In this document: piece by piece, positions 50,515 to 59,184 of the stretch
Layout of the letters: each line of letters begins with the position of its first letter
Numbering within the stretch: position 1 is the first letter of the stretch
Assembly: GCA_965223855.1 (NCBI GenBank)
Contig: CBDCXM010000009.1
Location: forward strand, 2,112,001 to 2,176,000
From: Candidatus Multivoradales bacterium
Lineage (GTDB): Bacteria > Acidobacteriota > Thermoanaerobaculia > Multivoradales > JAHEKO01
Direction: 5' to 3'
Length of the DNA stretch: 64,000 nt
The notes under the pieces: generated by a model
Databases searched by the model: none
What the model saw: the letters and a program-made list of their open reading frames with translations, nothing else
What the model was told of the DNA's origin: nothing
Position numbers and translations under genes: made by a program

Positions 50515-51700
50515 ATGACGCGGGTGGTCGAGCTCCACCGCGGAGACGAAGTCGAGGTGGAGGTGGAGAAGCTGGTCGCCGGCGGCGACGGGCTGGCGAG
50601 GTACGACGGCCTGCCGGTGTTCGTCCCCTTCAGCGCGCCGGGAGATCGGGCGCGTGTCCGCATCACCGAACGCAAGCCTTCGTACGCCCGTGCGGAACTC
50701 GTCGAGCTGCTCACTCCCGGCCCCGGCCGGCGGGAGCCGCGCTGCCGGCACTTCGAGGTTTGCGGCGGCTGCGACCTGCAGCATCTCGAGGACGAGCGCC
50801 AGCTCGAGCTCAAGGTCGCGGCTACTACCGAGACCCTCGCGCGACTGTCGAAGGTCGCACTGCCCGAGGCCGAGGTCGTCAGCCGGCGACTCCTGGGGCT
50901 ACCGGCGGAGAGCGCAGTTGCACGGCTCGCCGCGCGGAGAGGCGCCCGCCCTCGGCTTTCGCCAGCGGGGCAGTCACCGGCTGGTGCGGGTGCTCGAGTG
51001 CCCGGTGCTGGCGCCCGAGCTGGAGGCGGTCGTCCGCCGGCTGCCCGACCCGCTCGACGAGACTCCGCCGGGGCGGCTCCACCTCGCAGTCGGCGACGAC
51101 GGGACGGTGGCCGCCACCCCGACCAACCCCTGGCTTGCCGGTGGGAGCCTCGGCTTCGAGGTGCCCCCGTTCTCCTACGAGTTCGACGCCGGAAGCTTCG
51201 CGCAGGCACACACCGGGCTGACGCCGGCGCTGGTGAAGGAAGTGGTCGGCGAGGCGACCGGGCAGCTCGCCCTCGACCTCTATGCGGGCGTGGGGCTTTT
51301 CGCACTGCCGCTCAGCGCTCGCTACGAGCGGGTGATCGCCGTCGAGGGTCAGCGCGAGGCGGCCCGCTTCGCGCGCCGCAACAGCAGCTCCAACGGCGTG
51401 CCGAACGTCGAGGTCGTGCACCAGGCGGTCGAGAGCTGGCTCGACCGGTTCTCCCAGGAGTGCGACCGCGTAGTCGTCGACCCGCCGCGAAGCGGACTCG
51501 ACCGCGCTGTCGTTCGCCGGCTCCTGGAGATCGCACCGTCGGCGATCACCTACGTCTCCTGCCATCCCGCCGCCCTCTCGCGGGACCTCGGGCAGCTGGA
51601 CGGCGCCTACGCCGTCGACCGCCTTGTCTTCTTCGACCTCTTCCCGCAGACCGGACACATGGAAGCGGTCGTCCATCTGGCGAGGCGACTCGCGGCGTAG
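50500..51700 (+). CDS. RlmD/TrmA-family RNA m5U methyltransferase, frameshifted (pseudogene or sequencing error)
   Basis: TRAM domain and C..F..CGGCDLQH in the 50500 frame; YRRRAQL, SFAQ, DLYAGVGLF, VDPPRSG, YVSC, DLFPQTGHME in the +1 frame; extra A at 50881. Confidence 0.9.
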
Positions 51701-52010
51701 ATCGGTCTCGAGGGTTCCGGTCGACCTACCGACCCTCGTCTTGCAGAAGTCTGCGAAGGGGGTGATCGCACTCCTGCTCGACACCGTTGGTGCCGGCTCG
51801 GGGCCGGGTGTGAAGGGCGTTCAGGTACGCCAGGAGGTCGGTAGTCGATCGCGGTCTTCACGGTCCGTGAGCTGATGCCACGGTCGCCGGTCTCGATGCC
51901 GGGCCCGGTGGGCTGCCCTACCCGGAAGTCTTTCGCCTGGGCCTCCGGGCATCGGGAGTGGTCATCTGGGAGTCGCCGTGCGAGCCACCGGGTGGACCAC
52001 TATTCACCTG

Positions 52011-52039
52011 GCACCTGTAGACGAGCACCTGTAGACGAG
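52011..52039. repeat. 14-bp tandem direct repeat
   Basis: gcacctgtagacga x2, exact. Confidence 0.85.
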
Positions 52040-52174
52040 GGCGGTCAGAACCGCTTCAAGCGGTTGGACTCATCCGGTCTGCTTGAATCGATCTTGGCCG
52101 ATTCGCGTGGCGGCGCGCAGGCCTGGACCTGCATAACTTCCCTTGCCGAAAGGATTTTCGCCCTCGAGGCAGGA

Positions 52175-52190
52175 TGGCACGGGACGTGCG
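52175..52190 (+). promoter_or_regulatory. Putative sigma54 (-24/-12) promoter
   Basis: TGGCACGGGACGTGCG: GG-N10-GC, one mismatch to TGGCAC-N5-TTGC. Confidence 0.5.
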
Positions 52191-52347
52191 ATCTACTGAG
52201 GGCAGAACGCCAGCCGGCTCGAAACGGTCTAGGGCACGGTCAGCCGATCACCGCCCCGGTTCGATCCGCTCGGGGGATTGGATTCGGACCCGCTCGAGCC
52301 GGCTGTTTTTCCTCCAGCCGCGTGCGGCGACTCCTGCCGCAGCGCCT

Positions 52348-52581
52348 TCAGGAAGCCTGACGGTCGGCCAGGAGTGCTTCGACCTCGCCGGCGTCGGGAA
52401 AACGGTCGACCGCGTGCTTCGAGAAGACGAGGTCTCCGTCCGCCTTGACGTCGAAGACGCCACGCGAGCCCTTGATCAGCTTCGCTTCGATACCGAATTG
52501 TTCACGAATCGCGTCCGCCAGACCGGCGGCTCGGGGTTTGTAGTTTCAAACCACGCAATATTCGATGGTGATCTCGTTCAT
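52348..52581 (-). CDS. SelW/SelT/SelH (Rdx family) selenoprotein, 77 aa, Sec at codon 12
   Basis: MNEITIEYCVV-TGA-NYKPRAAGLADAIREQFGIEAKLIKGSRGVFDVKADGDLVFSKHAVDRFPDAGEVEALLADRQAS*; SD ggag; absent from the ORF track. Confidence 0.93.
52515..52529 (-). promoter_or_regulatory. Bacterial SECIS hairpin
   Basis: mRNA CCGCCGGUCUGGCGG starts 16 nt after the UGA (52546-52548); G-containing apical GGUCU. Confidence 0.8.
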
Positions 52582-52751
52582 TTCGCTCCACCCGGGCGCC
52601 GGCGAGAGTGCCTTGCCCGCTGGAGGGAATGGTAGCGGCTGGCCGACGGGAAGCCAACACCGGACGCGCTCCGCATCGACTGCTAGACTGCCCGCCCGAT
52701 CGCGGAGGTCGCAGTCTCGCGCGGCCTCTGCACAGCACCTCGGGCGAACCG

Positions 52752-53363
52752 ATGACGATCAACGAGCAGCGCAACAAGGCCGACTTCGACGCCACGAGGG
52801 TCGATCCCGAGCAACTCGAGCAGATCGCCCGGCACGTTCGCGCGATCATCGAGGCTCTCGGGCTCGATCCGACGGATCCCAACCTCGCCGACACCGATCG
52901 TCGGGTGGCGAAGATGTACCTCGAGATGTTCAACGGCTTGCGCTCCGGCGCCGAGCCGCGGGTCACCGTCTTCCCCAACGACGAGGGCTACGAGCACATG
53001 GTGATGGAGAGGGACATCCCCTTCTACTCGATGTGCTCGCACCACTTCGTGCCGTTCTACGGGCACGCCCACATCGCCTACATCCCGGGCGACAAGATCG
53101 TCGGCCTGTCCAAGTTCGCCCGCATCCTGGAGTTCTACGCCAAGCGGCCGCAGCTCCAGGAGCGGCTGACCGAACAGGTCGTCGACTACCTGGTGCAGAA
53201 GCTCGATGCCCAGGGAGCGATGGTGGTGATCGAGGCGCGTCACCTGTGCGTCGAGATGAGAGGCGTCAAGAAGCCGGGAGCGCTCACCGTGACCTCGGCG
53301 ATCCGCGGCTCCTTCCACAAGCGGGCGCTGCGCGAGGAATTCCTCGACCTGATGAAGCGGTGA
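52752..53363 (+). CDS. folE: GTP cyclohydrolase I
   Basis: YSMCSHHFVPF, GLSKFAR, RPQLQERLT, HLCVEMRG. Confidence 0.96.
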   Translation: MTINEQRNKADFDATRVDPEQLEQIARHVRAIIEALGLDPTDPNLADTDRRVAKMYLEMFNGLRSGAEPRVTVFPNDEGYEHMVMERDIPFYSMCSHHFVPFYGHAHIAYIPGDKIVGLSKFARILEFYAKRPQLQERLTEQVVDYLVQKLDAQGAMVVIEARHLCVEMRGVKKPGALTVTSAIRGSFHKRALREEFLDLMKR

Positions 53364-53968
53364 GCAGGCGCGGATTCTTCGCTCTCGCGTTGGCGCTGGT
53401 TCTCGGCGTGAGTGATGCCGCTCTCGGTGCGCGCAAGAGGGGAGGCGATCCGGCTGAGTTGACGAACTTCCTGCTCGGCCCCGGGCACGCGCAGTGGCTG
53501 GTCGGGCCGATCGCCTGGATCGCGACCGAGAAGGAGCGGCGGGAGTTCCTGGGCCTCACCGAGGACGCTGCCGCGGTCGAGTTCGAGCGCGAGTTCTGGG
53601 AGCGCCGGGGCCCGACGACCGTGATCCCGCCGAGCGGCCCCAGAATCACCTTCGACGAGCGGGTGGAGGAGGCCGACTCGCGCTTCGCCGAAGGTGCCCG
53701 ACCGGGACATCGCACCGATCGGGGAACCGTCTTCGTCGTCTACGGTCCTCCGGAGTCCGTCGAGTACGCTTCGTCGCCGACTCCCGGTGGAGAGCCGATC
53801 GAGATCTGGAACTACCCGAAGAAGGGAGAGCCCGGCCTCGACGGTGAGCGCCCCGAGCGCCGCTACTCGTTTCGCAAAGAAGGCGACTCGACACGCTTCT
53901 TCTCGATGGCGGCGGCACGACGGCTCGAGCGGCAGCAGCGACGGCCGGGAAGGCAGCCTCCCCAGTGA
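53360..53968 (+). CDS. GWxTD-domain protein (GHRTD variant), secreted
   Basis: EFWERR, RVEEADSRF, PGHRTDRG.VFVVYGPP, EIWNY. Confidence 0.82.
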   Translation: MSRRGFFALALALVLGVSDAALGARKRGGDPAELTNFLLGPGHAQWLVGPIAWIATEKERREFLGLTEDAAAVEFEREFWERRGPTTVIPPSGPRITFDERVEEADSRFAEGARPGHRTDRGTVFVVYGPPESVEYASSPTPGGEPIEIWNYPKKGEPGLDGERPERRYSFRKEGDSTRFFSMAAARRLERQQRRPGRQPPQ

Positions 53969-53992
53969 GAGAGCTCCAGTGAGGAGATCACA

Positions 53993-55063
53993 GTGAGCCG
54001 AGTTCGGGCGGTGCTCGCCGGTACCGGGATCGCGATCCCGCCGAACCGGGTCGACAACGACATGTTGTCGCGGATCCTCGACACCAGCGACGAGTGGATC
54101 CGCGAGCGCAGCGGCATCGTCACCCGCTACTACGTCGACGGGGGTGTGGGTGCGTCGGTGCTCGGCACCGAGGCGTCCCGGGCTGCGCTCGACGACGCCG
54201 GCCTCGAGGCCGAGGCGATCGACTACATCGTCTGCGCGACGATGACGCCCGACCAGTACTTCCCCGGCTGCGGCACGATGATTCAGCAGCAACTCGGGAT
54301 CGGGCCGCGACCGGCGCTCGACCTGAGGCAGCAGTGCGCCGGCTTCGCCTACGGGCTGCAGATGGTCGATGCCCTGGTGAGAAGCGGGCAGGCCCGGACG
54401 GTGCTCCTCGTCGGCTGCGAAGTCCATACCGCCCTCATGCCGTTCAGCGAGACGACCTGGGAGGCGCTCTACGATCCGGCAGTCGAGCTACCGCCGGAGG
54501 ATCGCGAGTGGAACTCCCGCTTCCGTCACCTCCTGGTGCTCTTCGGCGATGGCGCCGGAGCGATGGTGTTCCAGGCGCGCGAAGACGCGGGAGAGCGGGG
54601 AATCGTCCACTCCGCGCTCTACGGTGACGGCGGACACCAGGAGATCCTGACAGTGCCGGGAGCGGGCTCGGCGCGCCGACCCTGGGTGGACGCGGCGATG
54701 ATCGAGTCGGCGGACACGGTGCCGGTGATGGACGGCCGCAAGGTGTTCAAGCTCGCCGTGACGGCCATGCCGCGGGTCACCAGGGAAGTCCTGGAGGCGG
54801 CGGGGCACACCCTCGACGATCTCGACCTGCTCGTCATGCATCAGGCGAACCTGAGGATCAACGAAGCGGCACAGCGCGCCCTCCGGCTGCCCGACGACAA
54901 GGTGCACAACAACATCCAGAGCTACGGCAACACCACCGCCGGCACGCTGCCGATCTGCTTCCACGAGGCTCGCGAGGCGGGGAAGGCTCCGGAGGGAGCG
55001 CTCGTCGCCTTCACGGCGCTCGGCGCCGGCCTCCACTACGGGTCGGTGCTGGTGAGGATCTGA
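53993..55063 (+). CDS. 3-oxoacyl-ACP synthase III (FabH family)
   Basis: DTSDEWIRERSGI, QQCAGF, LFGDGAGA, HQANLRI, YGNT, GAG. Confidence 0.94.
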   Translation: MSRVRAVLAGTGIAIPPNRVDNDMLSRILDTSDEWIRERSGIVTRYYVDGGVGASVLGTEASRAALDDAGLEAEAIDYIVCATMTPDQYFPGCGTMIQQQLGIGPRPALDLRQQCAGFAYGLQMVDALVRSGQARTVLLVGCEVHTALMPFSETTWEALYDPAVELPPEDREWNSRFRHLLVLFGDGAGAMVFQAREDAGERGIVHSALYGDGGHQEILTVPGAGSARRPWVDAAMIESADTVPVMDGRKVFKLAVTAMPRVTREVLEAAGHTLDDLDLLVMHQANLRINEAAQRALRLPDDKVHNNIQSYGNTTAGTLPICFHEAREAGKAPEGALVAFTALGAGLHYGSVLVRI

Positions 55064-55394
55064 CGCCGAGCCAGGTCTCGAAGGCGACTCTGCGTCAGAT
55101 CCCCTGCTTCGAGGTGTACCGCGTCAAGTGCCGGTTGTCGGGTCGGTGCTCCCGCAGACGACCACTGCCGAATCCTGAGAAGCTGGGGCGAACGGCTCCG
55201 GGCAGGGCGTCCTCACCTGCGCGGACGGTGGTCATGGCGAGCCAACGACCACGGCATCGGCATCTGGTCCGCATATTCCGGCAATCGTCGCCCGAGCATC
55301 GACCGGGCCTTACCTGAAGCTCTTCGCATCGATCGCCCGGAGTCTCCGGCAACTGTAGCCGGCTTCGGGCGAGAGTCCTCTTCTTCAGCAGACC

Positions 55395-56033
55395 TCAGCG
55401 ACTCGAGTCGCCCGAGCCGCCTTCGTCCGCGTCGGAAGACGGCATCGGTTGACTCCACGGCGGCGTCACCCCGACGCTCCTGGCGTAGGCGATCGCCTGG
55501 CCCAGGTGCTCGTGAGCGTGGGCCATGAGGATGAGGAAGTACTTCCTCTTCGGGGCGGGTGGCCCGAAGAGGGTCACCTCGGTGTCGAGGTCCTCGATCG
55601 ACGCCAGAGCTCCCTGCACGTAGGCGAGGGAGCTCTCGAGCTTGCCGACGACGTCATCCTTGGCGGTGACCGTCGCCTCCCACTGGGCCATCATGGCGAA
55701 CGGTGAGTCGGTCATCTCGACCCCCTCTGCCGGTGCCGCACCGAGGGCGGGCGGCAGCAGCAGGTTGGTCCCTACGACATGCATGAAGACCTCACTCATC
55801 GTTCGGACCTCGTCGCTGGGAGCCCAGCCGTACTGGTCCTCGGGCGTGGCTCGGGCGAGCGCGAGCAGCTTGTCTCCGGCCTCGGCGAGGTTCTCGAGCA
55901 CCGCAGCGACTTCGGCCGAGACCGCGGGAGCCTCCGCGGCGGCCGCGGTCTCCTCGTGGTGGTCCGCGGCGAGCGGCTGGGCACCCGGAGCGAGGATCAG
56001 AGCGAAGGTGGAGAGGTACAGAAGCGTCTTCAT
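55395..56033 (-). CDS. Secreted DinB/YfiT-family protein
   Basis: Signal peptide, RTMSEVFMH, HAHEHLGQAIAYARSVGVTPPWS. Confidence 0.87.
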   Translation of the reverse strand: MKTLLYLSTFALILAPGAQPLAADHHEETAAAAEAPAVSAEVAAVLENLAEAGDKLLALARATPEDQYGWAPSDEVRTMSEVFMHVVGTNLLLPPALGAAPAEGVEMTDSPFAMMAQWEATVTAKDDVVGKLESSLAYVQGALASIEDLDTEVTLFGPPAPKRKYFLILMAHAHEHLGQAIAYARSVGVTPPWSQPMPSSDADEGGSGDSSR

Positions 56034-56068
56034 CGTGGATCTCCCTGGTACGGGTGGTTGGTGACGTC

Positions 56069-56824
56069 TCATGCGTCCGCCTTCGAGCGCGCGCGCAGGC
56101 AGAGCGTGACTCCGATTGCCGTCAGAGCGATCGCGACCCACTGGGCCTCGGTCAGACCGGCTGCGACGACCCGGGTGATGCGAAACTCCTCGATGACGAA
56201 ACGCGACACCGAGGTGAGGATGAGGCTCGTTCCCAGCAGCGCGCCCCTGGGAAGCTTGCGGCGCAGACTCCACAGGAGAGCGAAGACGAGGGTGTACGCG
56301 CCCGCTTCGTAGAGCGGTGTCGGGTGGACGACGACACCTTCAGGATGGGGCCAACCGGCGATGGCGCGTGGATAGGCGACACCCCACGGCACGTCGGTCA
56401 CCTTCCCCCAATCGCCGTCGCCCGCCAGGTGGCAACCGATCCTCCCCAGGGCGTGTCCCAGCGGCAGGCTGAGCCCGGCGCTGTCGAGCGCGTCGCCGAC
56501 GTCGAGCCGGTAGCGCCGAATCAGCCACCAGCCCGCAAGGAGGCCGCCGATCATGCCGGCAAACCAGACGTGGCCCGAGCCGGAAAGGAGCTCGCGGACA
56601 CCGGCCTTGCCCGCGATCGCTTCGCGGCTCCACCAGTAGACGTGAGAGGTGACGAGCGCCACCACGAAGGCGACGAGCGCCAGGCGCCAGAAACGGTCGG
56701 CCGAGCCGCCGCGGCGCTCGTACTCCCGGCTCGCGATCTGGGTCGCGACCCAGAAGCCGATCGCCATCATCAGGCCGTAGGAATAGAGCTTGAAAGGGCC
56801 GAGTTCTGCGAGGATAGGAAGCAT
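56069..56824 (-). CDS. lgt: Prolipoprotein diacylglyceryl transferase
   Basis: YSYGLM, GRIGCHLAGDGDWG, PWG, HPTPLYE, RFVIEEFR. Confidence 0.92.
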   Translation of the reverse strand: MLPILAELGPFKLYSYGLMMAIGFWVATQIASREYERRGGSADRFWRLALVAFVVALVTSHVYWWSREAIAGKAGVRELLSGSGHVWFAGMIGGLLAGWWLIRRYRLDVGDALDSAGLSLPLGHALGRIGCHLAGDGDWGKVTDVPWGVAYPRAIAGWPHPEGVVVHPTPLYEAGAYTLVFALLWSLRRKLPRGALLGTSLILTSVSRFVIEEFRITRVVAAGLTEAQWVAIALTAIGVTLCLRARSKADA

Positions 56825-56888
56825 GCTCTCGGCGGAGTATACGGTCACGAAGGCGGCATCGGGCCAGAGACGCGGTCTCGCGGAGAGG

Positions 56889-57428
56889 GTGGGGTGGCTC
56901 TCCTCGTGGCCCGGTCTGTTGCTTCTGGCCTGGCTCGTTTCGGGGTGTGCCACGGCGCCCGTCGAACGACCGCCTCGCGGCCCCGCCCGGCCCCTGCCCG
57001 AGCCCGGCCGCGAACGGGTCACCCGCGTCCCGGGAGCTCCGACCGGCACCGCGGTCCTCCACACGGCTCGCCGGCTGGTGGGCACACGCTACCGCTACGG
57101 CGGGGAGAGCCGCCGGGAGGGCTTCGACTGCTCCGGGCTCGCGCAGTACGTCTACGCGCGTCACGGTCTTCGGCTGCCCCGGACGACGCGCGATCAGGCG
57201 AACGCCGGCTGGTGGGTACCGCTCGACGAGTTGCGTCCGGGCGACCTGGTGTTCTTCAGCGATCCGGAGAAGTCGACGCACCACGTCGGCATCGTGGCAT
57301 CGTCGGGCACGGCCGGGCTGACGATGGTGCACGCCTCCACCTCGCAGGGCGTCGTCGAGACGGATGTCCTGGCGAGCGGCTACTGGCTGGCGCGCCTGCG
57401 CTTCGGCCGGCGGGTGATCGACCGCTGA
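56889..57428 (+). CDS. NlpC/P60 (C40) peptidase lipoprotein
   Basis: Lipobox VSGC, GTRYRYGG, GFDCSGL, LPRTT, PGDLVFF, HVGI, VHAS; start uncertain. Confidence 0.92.
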   Translation: MGWLSSWPGLLLLAWLVSGCATAPVERPPRGPARPLPEPGRERVTRVPGAPTGTAVLHTARRLVGTRYRYGGESRREGFDCSGLAQYVYARHGLRLPRTTRDQANAGWWVPLDELRPGDLVFFSDPEKSTHHVGIVASSGTAGLTMVHASTSQGVVETDVLASGYWLARLRFGRRVIDR

Positions 57429-57440
57429 CGGTGGCCGGAC

Positions 57441-58358
57441 TCACTCCGGGGGGACGTCGAGGAACAGGTCCTCGAGATGCTCCAGCAGGAACTCGGAGCG
57501 CTGCTGCGCGATCAGCGTGACCATCCGCCGTTCGGGCACGAGGTCCGGGTCGACGGCCAGCACCTCGCGCACTGTATCGCGGAACGCTCCAGCATCCTGC
57601 CGGGGTACGAGCACGCTGGTCGCCCAGGCGAGATGCGCCGAAGCCGCACTCTCCCCGGAGAGCTTCAGGGCGCGTCGATAGTGCTGCTCGGCGCGTTCGA
57701 CCGAGCCTCCCATCGCCTCCGGCAGTGCCTCGAGGGCGATCATCGCCTCGTGCAGCGCGCCGTCCGAGTAGTCTTCGTCGAGCTCGAGCGCCCGGTCGAA
57801 CAGCGCCCGCACGACCGGTAGGTCGGCGACGATCTCCGGGCGATGAGAACCGGCCGAGATCGAGGCTCCCCAGGAGGCGGCGGTCCAGTAGAGCAGCTCC
57901 ATCGACTCTGGCCCGAAGTCGAGTGCCGCGGCGTCTGGTGTCCCGACGAGGCGTGCGGCAAGACCCGGCTCGACCGTATCGACCGCCCGCAGGCAGTAGT
58001 CGCGGCCCCTCAGGTAAAGGGCCACGGCCCGGTCGAGCAGGCGCCTCGACTCGACGTAGTCGCTGAACTCCAGCCTCTCTGCGTCGACTGCGACGAAGGC
58101 GTAGGCGTACTGAGTGAAGCCGCTGCAGGCGGCCAGCAGCAGCCCGGAGTTCTCGGGAGAGCTCTCGAGCAGAGCCTCGAACGTCTTGAGTGCGAACGGG
58201 AGGGCGTCGCGGACCAGCTCCGGGTCGGGATCGGAGGCGAAGACGGAGCCGCTCTCGGACAGCGCTCCGGCGATTGTGTTGACGGCCAGCGTTCGAATCG
58301 AACATCCGGCGGCCACCACGGCCAGGCAGGCCACCAGCCATCGGCAGCGGATCGTCAT
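57441..58358 (-). CDS. TRAP transporter TatT-component family lipoprotein
   Basis: Lipobox AAGC, DPELVRDALPFALK, FTQYAYAF, LYWTAASW, LDEDY..G, PEAMGG. Confidence 0.85.
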   Translation of the reverse strand: MTIRCRWLVACLAVVAAGCSIRTLAVNTIAGALSESGSVFASDPDPELVRDALPFALKTFEALLESSPENSGLLLAACSGFTQYAYAFVAVDAERLEFSDYVESRRLLDRAVALYLRGRDYCLRAVDTVEPGLAARLVGTPDAAALDFGPESMELLYWTAASWGASISAGSHRPEIVADLPVVRALFDRALELDEDYSDGALHEAMIALEALPEAMGGSVERAEQHYRRALKLSGESAASAHLAWATSVLVPRQDAGAFRDTVREVLAVDPDLVPERRMVTLIAQQRSEFLLEHLEDLFLDVPPE

Positions 58359-58365
58359 GAGGCGA

Positions 58366-59130
58366 TTATGCCGGAGGAGATGCCTCCGAGGTCGGCCCCG
58401 TCGTCGAGGGATCGATTTGCAGCACGCCGTTCTTGAGGAGCTGGCGGACGCCCCATAGGAAGTGGTGGTACGAGCCGCCGATGTCCTCGTAGAGTGCTCC
58501 CAGCGTGACGCCCTCGCGGAGTCGATCGACGATCCGGCGATGCCGGCCCGATGCGTCCTCGCCGAGGTTCTGATTCCCGATCGCCAGAGTGCAGCTCTCG
58601 CCGGGGAGGTACTCCCTGACCCGGTTGAGCTCATCCTTGCGTCGGGCCGCCTCGATCATCAGATAGGTCAGATCGACGGCGTCGTTTTCGATTCTCGGCC
58701 TTCCTGCCAGATCCAACGGCTGTGCGGTGACCCTGCCCGACTCCCATTCCAGCGGCAGCTCGGCAAGGTTGACGGTGTGGTCCCTGAGCGCTTTCTGGAG
58801 CGTATCCGGCTTGAGGACGCCGAGGTCGAGCAGGGCGCGGCCGATGCTCTCGCTCTTGTCGCGGCTGTAGACGACGGCCGCCGCCAGGTCGACCTCGTCG
58901 ACCAGCCCCTCGGAGTAGAGATGCCTGCCGAGCGACTCCACGACTCTTCCCGTCGAGGCGTTGACGAGGGTCCCATCTTCGAGCAGCAGATCGATCCGTT
59001 GCCCGTCGCGGGTGAAGCGCAGACGGCCGGTGAAGCGCGATGTCGTGGCCCAGTGAAGGGCGTCCGAAGCCGAGAAGGCGGAAAGATCCGCCTCCAGAAC
59101 CGCCTCCTCGGCCTGGTCTCCTCCCCTCAT
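58366..59130 (-). CDS. DUF4388 (PATAN-like) domain protein
   Basis: LEADLSAFSASDALHW..RFTGRL, LGRHL, IGRALLDLG, WESG, LMIEAARRKDE. Confidence 0.85.
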   Translation of the reverse strand: MRGGDQAEEAVLEADLSAFSASDALHWATTSRFTGRLRFTRDGQRIDLLLEDGTLVNASTGRVVESLGRHLYSEGLVDEVDLAAAVVYSRDKSESIGRALLDLGVLKPDTLQKALRDHTVNLAELPLEWESGRVTAQPLDLAGRPRIENDAVDLTYLMIEAARRKDELNRVREYLPGESCTLAIGNQNLGEDASGRHRRIVDRLREGVTLGALYEDIGGSYHHFLWGVRQLLKNGVLQIDPSTTGPTSEASPPA

Positions 59131-59184
59131 CAGAATCTTGGACTCGCAGAGAGAGTGAAAGTCACAAGACGCGAGGGGTCGGGC

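Noticed and set aside
55064-55394. Small ORFs in a convergent gap
   Set aside because: No SD, codon bias or motif support
56821-56826. Second overlapping-start palindrome (GCATGC) for lgt and NlpC/P60
   Set aside because: GTG at 56889 with SD ggagag gives a better lipoprotein signal peptide
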